Source: Patescibacteria group bacterium
GTDB taxonomy: Bacteria; Patescibacteriota; Patescibacteriia; UM-FILTER-42-10
DNA: 64,000 bases
Assembly (NCBI GenBank): GCA_041666485.1
Contig: JBAYGW010000003.1
Coordinates: 16,415 to 80,414, forward strand
Direction: 5' to 3'
The notes below the pieces were generated by a model. The model was given only the letters and a program-made list of their open reading frames with translations, had not been told where the DNA came from and did not search any database. Within the stretch, counting starts at the first letter, position 1; the number at the start of each line of letters is the position of its first letter. Positions 59,094-64,000 of this stretch are shown piece by piece. Made by a program: the position numbers and the translations under genes.

Positions 59094-59861
59094 TTACATC
59101 ACAGTCAAATCTACCCCTTTTGATTCATAATATTCTAAAACATAATCGGGTATCTGTATTTTATGATGCCTAAAGCATTGGACCATTTTTGTAATATATC
59201 CCTCTTTATCATCCTCCCATGTATCCCAATGCAACGATTCACGAGCGATCGCATTTAGTTCCTTATCCATAGCTCCGTACTTCAACTGTAAATCCGTTAG
59301 CTCCTTCCACAAAATAAGATGATACAAACGGATACCACTCTGATCAAACCATGATTGACTGTCAAAAACATCCTGATATTTTTCATGAAACCGGTCTATC
59401 TGATATTCCCCATATATAAACACAGCTACCCCGGTTACAATCGCTCCAACTTCTGCCAGTTTTTTTGTGCTTTCACGCTTGGATTTTGCAGCAGCCATTG
59501 AATCATCCACTAATAAAACGCGTGTTCCGGGTTTGATAAAATTCATGCCACCAACGATAACCGGTCGTCCTGCACGTTTTGATTCACCGCGCACAATAAC
59601 CATTGGTTTGCCAGTTGCCATTGAAATCGCCGTCGCAATGGTAACACCGGATAACTCAATACCGGCAATAATATCTACCTGACTAAAATCAATCAGTCGT
59701 TTGAACTCTTCCGCAAGCAATTTCAATATCGTCGGCTCACCAACTACGCCTCTGGTAAAATCCACAGGAATCAAGCCATAACTGGTCATTACTGGTACAA
59801 GTGTAAACAAATTCGGAAACGTTCCCAGTCGTTTGATTAATTCTTGGCTTTGTATGTTCAT
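59094..59861 (-). CDS. type-I phosphoribosyltransferase (OPRT-like) with ~100-aa C-terminal extension
   Basis: PRPP-binding loop GTRVLLVDDSMAAAKS. Confidence 0.55.
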   Translation of the reverse strand: MNIQSQELIKRLGTFPNLFTLVPVMTSYGLIPVDFTRGVVGEPTILKLLAEEFKRLIDFSQVDIIAGIELSGVTIATAISMATGKPMVIVRGESKRAGRPVIVGGMNFIKPGTRVLLVDDSMAAAKSKRESTKKLAEVGAIVTGVAVFIYGEYQIDRFHEKYQDVFDSQSWFDQSGIRLYHLILWKELTDLQLKYGAMDKELNAIARESLHWDTWEDDKEGYITKMVQCFRHHKIQIPDYVLEYYESKGVDLTVM

Positions 59862-60141
59862 AAAGTAATTGTAACGCGCATATATTCTAGGTCAAGGTGC
59901 CTGTATAACTACTGCCCGTTCGAATCCCAATAATTACAAATGTCTTAATTCATTATTTATCCTGAGCACAACAGGAGCGCACAAGGCATAGATTTGACAA
60001 GTCTAGCTAGTCCTCGCCGAGACAGAAAAAAGTGGGGCCCCCGACCCGCTTTTGGCGGGTTGGGGAAAGGGGCACAGACCCGCAACCTAAAACAACCAAG
60101 CTTGCTTGGTTGTGACAGGTGAAGGGTCTGATGACCCGTGG

Positions 60142-60212
60142 CTGGGGAGGAGGGATTCGAACCCCCGGTGACGGGACCAGAACCCGTTGCCTTACCGCTT
60201 GGCTACTCCCCA
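60142..60212 (-). tRNA. tRNA-Gln (anticodon CUG)
   Basis: Hand-folded cloverleaf: U1-A72 acceptor TGGGGAG/CTCCCCA, D-loop AGCGGTAA, anticodon stem ACGGG/CCCGT with loop TTCTGGT, T-loop TTCGAAT; close to E. coli tRNA-Gln. Confidence 0.85.
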
Positions 60213-60221
60213 ATGTTTAGA

Positions 60222-60488
60222 TTAATTTTTATTTTTGATTTCTTCTATGTCTTTCAGTTTTTCATCAAGTAATTTTCTACCTTGACCGGATTTTAAAAAC
60301 TTTTCTCTTTTCATTGCCTCAGATCTACTATTAAAATCTTCCTTATAAATCAATACCCACGGTGATCGTCCCTTAGTATATCTACACTTGCCGCTATTGT
60401 GTTCTTCTAATCTTTTCTCAACATTATCAGTGCTACCAACGTACCTATTCTGGTAATTTATACTTTTTATTACGTAAATTGAATACAT
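60222..60488 (-). CDS. GIY-YIG nuclease family protein (YhbQ-like, ~89 aa)
   Basis: YSIYVIKS…RYVGSTDNVEKRLEEHNSG GIY…YIG…R..E..N motifs; start at internal Met of longer ORF. Confidence 0.7.
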   Translation of the reverse strand: MYSIYVIKSINYQNRYVGSTDNVEKRLEEHNSGKCRYTKGRSPWVLIYKEDFNSRSEAMKREKFLKSGQGRKLLDEKLKDIEEIKNKN

Positions 60489-60564
60489 TGTATTTTTATG
60501 ATTCCTCGCCGGAGGCGAGTGCGCTCGCCTCGCTTTCGCGAGAGCGAAGCGGGCCTCAGGCGCA

Positions 60565-60650
60565 GAACCCCCGGTGACGGGACCAGAACCCGTTGCCTTA
60601 TCCGCCTCGGCTCGACGCCTCGTCGAGACGGGCCGCTTGGCTACTCCCCA
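60565..60650 (-). pseudogene. truncated tRNA-Gln copy (nt 1-56) with 32-nt palindromic insertion in D-loop; no T-arm/3' acceptor
   Basis: 54 nt identical to intact tRNA-Gln split by insert tccgcctcggCTCGACGcctCGTCGAGacggg; diverges after T-loop C56. Confidence 0.5.
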
Positions 60651-60706
60651 ATGTTTTATTTCAAAAAAATAATTCGCCATATATCGCATGGCGATAACAT
60701 TCTTAT

Positions 60707-62356
60707 CTAACCTTCTACCACTTTCCCGCCGAAGGTGTCAAGTGCATCCTTCAGCGCACTACTGTCTTCCTCTTTTTTATTGTGTTCCGGTATCTTTTTA
60801 TCTCGCAACGCATTATCAATAATACAGGTGAAGGTCAGGGGCGTTTCATATACTTCATCCAGTACATTTTCAATTATCTGTTTGTTCTTTGCTTCCCAGA
60901 CCCGGTCCATATAAAATTTAAACCCGAAAGCAATTGTAATAACCTTGCCGTTAATCTCCAATACTTCCCCGACACTTAAGGTAAGTGATAAAGAATGATT
61001 ATGTGCTTTTAGCTTTTTTAAAAAAGTTTTCCATTTTTTTTCAATCTCTGACAGCTTAACAACCGGCGTCTCTTTTACCAATTCATCTGTTTCATCAACC
61101 GCCTTCTTTTCAGCTAGAACTGGCCTAATTACCTCTTTTACTATCTTATGTACTTGAGCAATTGGTCTTACTTCGGGAATATTTCTTCTGTTTGGTGGTT
61201 GAAATTTAGGAGTAAAAGACGGTTGATTCTTTGTAACCGGCTGTGTTATTTCATTCCCGCCCTCAATAATTTCCAAAATTGCAATTTCCAGCGGGAGTTG
61301 GATTATATCCTTTTGCGCTTTGATCATCGGTTCAATTTTAAGAAAAATATTGATCCACCGGATCAGTTCCTGTGAATTGAATTGATTTGAAATTTTAATC
61401 ATTTCTTTCTGCAGTTCATCATCCATTTCATACACAACAAACTTCTCCAATGAACTTGATATATTAAGCAGCATGATTCTTCTTAACACTTCAATCACAT
61501 TTTTAACAAAATTCCTGACATTTCCACCCTCTTCTACCAACCTGTTGACCAGCTCAATAGATGCGGCGGTATTTTCCATCGCAATCAGGCTCAAAAACTG
61601 AATCACTAGTGTATCATCAGAATGCGGAACGATCAGATCAATGTGATCCATTGTAACTTTTTTCTCTCCGAGTGAAAGCACCTGACCCAACATGCTCTCG
61701 GCGTCCCGTACACTACCGTCAGAAGCCATAGCAATTGCCTTCAAGACCGGCTCATCAACCTGCACTTTTTCCTGACTAATAATAGTGTTCAACCGGAGCA
61801 CCAGATCTTTTACTCCCACTTTCTGAAAATCAAAACGCTGACAGCGGGATATAATAGTCTGCGGCACCTTATGTACCTCGGTTGTCGCAAGGATAAACAC
61901 AACATTTTCCGGCGGTTCTTCCAGTGTTTTCAGCAAAGCATTGAACGCGGATATTGAAAGCATGTGGACTTCATCTATTATGAATACTTTGTAGGTGCTG
62001 GATACCGTTGCCACACGCGAATTGTCAATTATATTTTGTCTTACATTATCCACTCCCGTATGAGAAGCAGCATCAATCTCAACCAAATCCAATAATCTTC
62101 CCTTCATAATATCTTTGCAGGAGCTGCATTCATTACAGGGTTCTGCAGAATCTTTTTTTCTTTTCTTACAGTTAAGAGATTTTGCAAAAAGACGGGCAAT
62201 GGTTGTCTTGCCGACACCCCGCGGACCGGTAAACAAATATGCATGGGCGATTCTACCGCTTTCCAATTCATTTATCAGCGTAATTCTGATATGATTTTGA
62301 TCAACCAAATCCTTAAAAGACTGCGGCCGATATTTACGATATAGTGTCTGTGACAT
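60707..62356 (-). CDS. dnaX: DNA polymerase III subunit gamma/tau
   Basis: YRPQSF…AYLFTGPRGVGKTT Walker A, zinc module CxxC, SRC motif. Confidence 0.9.
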   Translation of the reverse strand: MSQTLYRKYRPQSFKDLVDQNHIRITLINELESGRIAHAYLFTGPRGVGKTTIARLFAKSLNCKKRKKDSAEPCNECSSCKDIMKGRLLDLVEIDAASHTGVDNVRQNIIDNSRVATVSSTYKVFIIDEVHMLSISAFNALLKTLEEPPENVVFILATTEVHKVPQTIISRCQRFDFQKVGVKDLVLRLNTIISQEKVQVDEPVLKAIAMASDGSVRDAESMLGQVLSLGEKKVTMDHIDLIVPHSDDTLVIQFLSLIAMENTAASIELVNRLVEEGGNVRNFVKNVIEVLRRIMLLNISSSLEKFVVYEMDDELQKEMIKISNQFNSQELIRWINIFLKIEPMIKAQKDIIQLPLEIAILEIIEGGNEITQPVTKNQPSFTPKFQPPNRRNIPEVRPIAQVHKIVKEVIRPVLAEKKAVDETDELVKETPVVKLSEIEKKWKTFLKKLKAHNHSLSLTLSVGEVLEINGKVITIAFGFKFYMDRVWEAKNKQIIENVLDEVYETPLTFTCIIDNALRDKKIPEHNKKEEDSSALKDALDTFGGKVVEG

Positions 62357-62493
62357 AAATAAATCCCCTTAATCGGGTACCTACTATATTAGCGCGAATG
62401 ATAAAGATTTGCAATCTGCATAACTCATATAAAAAGACCCTTATTCTGTAGGTTTATAGGGTCTTAAAACAGTTATTAAAATTTACTTTGAAA

Positions 62494-63144
62494 TTATATC
62501 TCTAAATCATCAACTGCCTTTTCCTTCTCCATGCCGGGATTTTCTTGTTGGATATTCACAGTACTCGGCACAGCATTAATATTTGGTTGTGACTCGCCTC
62601 CTTTTACAATATTTTCCACAGCGGCCCAATCTGTTTGTTTATCAATTGGAACAAGTATTACCACCTCATCACCGACTTCACCTTTAAAATACGTAATACT
62701 GGCCAAAAGTACCTTATAACTCTTGCCGTTTGCCAGCACCTGGTATTCCCCGGTTGTATCATCCTGATTCAACATGCCGATCAGTCTTTTTCTTTCCACC
62801 GGCCCGATTTGTTTAAAAACAAAAGAACCATCATTGGAAATGGTCAGTTTTAAGATATCGCCTTCAACCAGTTTTGATTTAGAAGCATAGTTCGCCGGCA
62901 CATTGTACTGTTTTCCGTCCGGACCGATCATATTTAATCCATCAAATACTCCTTCCACAACACGCCCGTTGTGATCCACAGAACCGATGGAGCGAGCCTT
63001 TTGTAAATGACTAATCTCATTGGAAACAGCGTCAGCATCCGATTCTAGCGAGTCTCCTTCCAACATAGCTTTAGCAACACGTATCGCATCTTCCGCTGAA
63101 GCAATTAGCTGTTTGATTTGTGTCAGTTTATTTTCGTCAACCAT
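62494..63144 (-). CDS. hypothetical protein
   Basis: 216-aa ORF upstream of dnaX; no recognised motif. Confidence 0.5.
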   Translation of the reverse strand: MVDENKLTQIKQLIASAEDAIRVAKAMLEGDSLESDADAVSNEISHLQKARSIGSVDHNGRVVEGVFDGLNMIGPDGKQYNVPANYASKSKLVEGDILKLTISNDGSFVFKQIGPVERKRLIGMLNQDDTTGEYQVLANGKSYKVLLASITYFKGEVGDEVVILVPIDKQTDWAAVENIVKGGESQPNINAVPSTVNIQQENPGMEKEKAVDDLEI

Positions 63145-63322
63145 TTTATTTTTGCCTCCCCTTTTTATATTGTTTTATCTTTGATTTTAATTTTGATTTA
63201 AGTTTTTGTTTGGTTTTTACTAATCACATTGTATCATATTGAGTTTTCAAATGTAAAGCATAATTTGATTTCTGGCATAAAAATACGGGATAAATCCCGT
63301 ATATTTCGTTTTAGCTATAATA

Positions 63323-63877
63323 CTAGAATTGATATAAATATATGGCAATACTTGATTTGTCTGGCTTACTTACTGCACTTGGAGTAAATGTTTTAAGCGG
63401 AAACACATATGAGATTACTCTGGCGCCTTTTTTCAGTTCCTTGGAAAATTTTGCCTCCAGTTCCTTTATTGATTTTGGCATCAGAAAACATATTACCAAA
63501 TCGGCGTCATTCAAATTTTGCTGGAAAAGATCACGGTATTTGATCAAAACTTTACCTTTCATTTTATGAACAATAATTGTGTTCATCAACCAGGACTTTA
63601 TTTTTGAGAACACATAGGGCATTAGCGAGATTTCAACACCCGTTGCAGACACTTTAAATCGTTTGGCTATTTCAAAAAGTATACGCCCATCCCCGGAACC
63701 CAGCTCATAAACTGATTCACCGTCTTTTATTCCGGCCAGGTTAATCAGCCGGTCAAGATCCTTCTTTTTTGTCGGCACCCACGGAGCACCGCGGTATCCG
63801 GCATATGCCATTGATCCCAATACCACAAAAACAATAACTGCAATAATAAAATAAAAAAACATTCCTGGATCAAACAT
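63323..63877 (-). CDS. class I SAM-dependent methyltransferase with N-terminal membrane anchor
   Basis: VYELGSGDGRIL motif I; N-terminal hydrophobic helix. Confidence 0.55.
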   Translation of the reverse strand: MFDPGMFFYFIIAVIVFVVLGSMAYAGYRGAPWVPTKKKDLDRLINLAGIKDGESVYELGSGDGRILFEIAKRFKVSATGVEISLMPYVFSKIKSWLMNTIIVHKMKGKVLIKYRDLFQQNLNDADLVICFLMPKSIKELEAKFSKELKKGARVISYVFPLKTFTPSAVSKPDKSSIAIYLYQF

Positions 63878-64000
63878 ATTGATTTATATTTAACAAATGC
63901 GAAACTAAACGGTAAATTTTGGAGTTGATGATGTCGGCGGAACCGGCAATGTTGGATTTTTTGGGACTGATGTATTTGGAGTTGATACAGGAGCTGTTGG

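Noticed and set aside
60007-60213. 68-aa ORF on minus strand
   Set aside because: It overlaps the tRNA-Gln gene and a GC-rich hairpin region, and is a compositional artefact.
60489-60689. N-terminal 67 aa of the 155-aa ORF containing the GIY-YIG domain
   Set aside because: The extension is Arg/Ala-rich translation of the GC-rich hairpin region and the tRNA fragment. The GIY-YIG domain begins at an internal Met preceded by a GAGGAA box.
1-64000. CRISPR arrays, rRNA genes, transposase/integrase genes
   Set aside because: No regularly spaced direct repeats of 25-40 nt and no rRNA-like or transposase-like ORFs were seen anywhere in the window.

Overview
AT-rich (roughly high-30s % GC by eye), gene-dense bacterial window of about 75 genes with short intergenic spacers. 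It looks like a streamlined CPR/Patescibacteria-type genome, because it carries the archaeal-type AMP salvage module: AMP phosphorylase, form II/III RuBisCO and ribose-1,5-bisphosphate isomerase. Housekeeping genes recognised directly from motifs include def, fmt, mutM, hup (HU), malQ, rlmN, purH, guaA, guaB, queG, maf, dnaX, rubrerythrin and one tRNA-Gln(CUG). Transport and membrane genes include two MacB/FtsX-type ABC pairs, CbiM plus a PDGLE protein, a ZIP transporter, an EamA transporter, TerC, a CNNM/DUF21-CBS protein, a SemiSWEET and an MFS-like transporter. There is also a large secreted PA14 + FG-GAP beta-propeller protein. Five separate Nudix hydrolase genes are present, one of them fused to a HAD domain.

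The most interesting parts are:
1. A seven-gene co-directional cluster at 27.6-31.8 kb: a histidine-phosphatase-like protein, a standalone PEP-utilising swivel (phospho-His) domain, an unknown 356-aa protein, then Nudix - SET-domain methyltransferase - Nudix - Nudix.
2. A tRNA-Gln locus at 60.1-60.65 kb in which a small GIY-YIG nuclease gene sits between the intact tRNA and a truncated tRNA copy that carries a palindromic D-loop insertion.
3. Nearly identical tandem AATTAC-repeat arrays directly in front of the start codons of the AMP phosphorylase gene and of guaB, suggesting a shared nucleotide-metabolism regulon.
4. Several sharply GC-rich (about 55-60% by eye) islands inside the AT-rich background. 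These carry purH, an M29 aminopeptidase, small Cys-rich or secreted proteins and highly structured non-coding leaders, consistent with horizontal acquisition.
5. A BCCP homolog lacking the biotinyl-lysine, a tandem zinc-ribbon protein with an H1-like lysine tail, and an adjacent pair of LOG-like and deoxyribosyltransferase-like nucleotide N-glycosidase genes.

No CRISPR array, rRNA or obvious transposase was seen.
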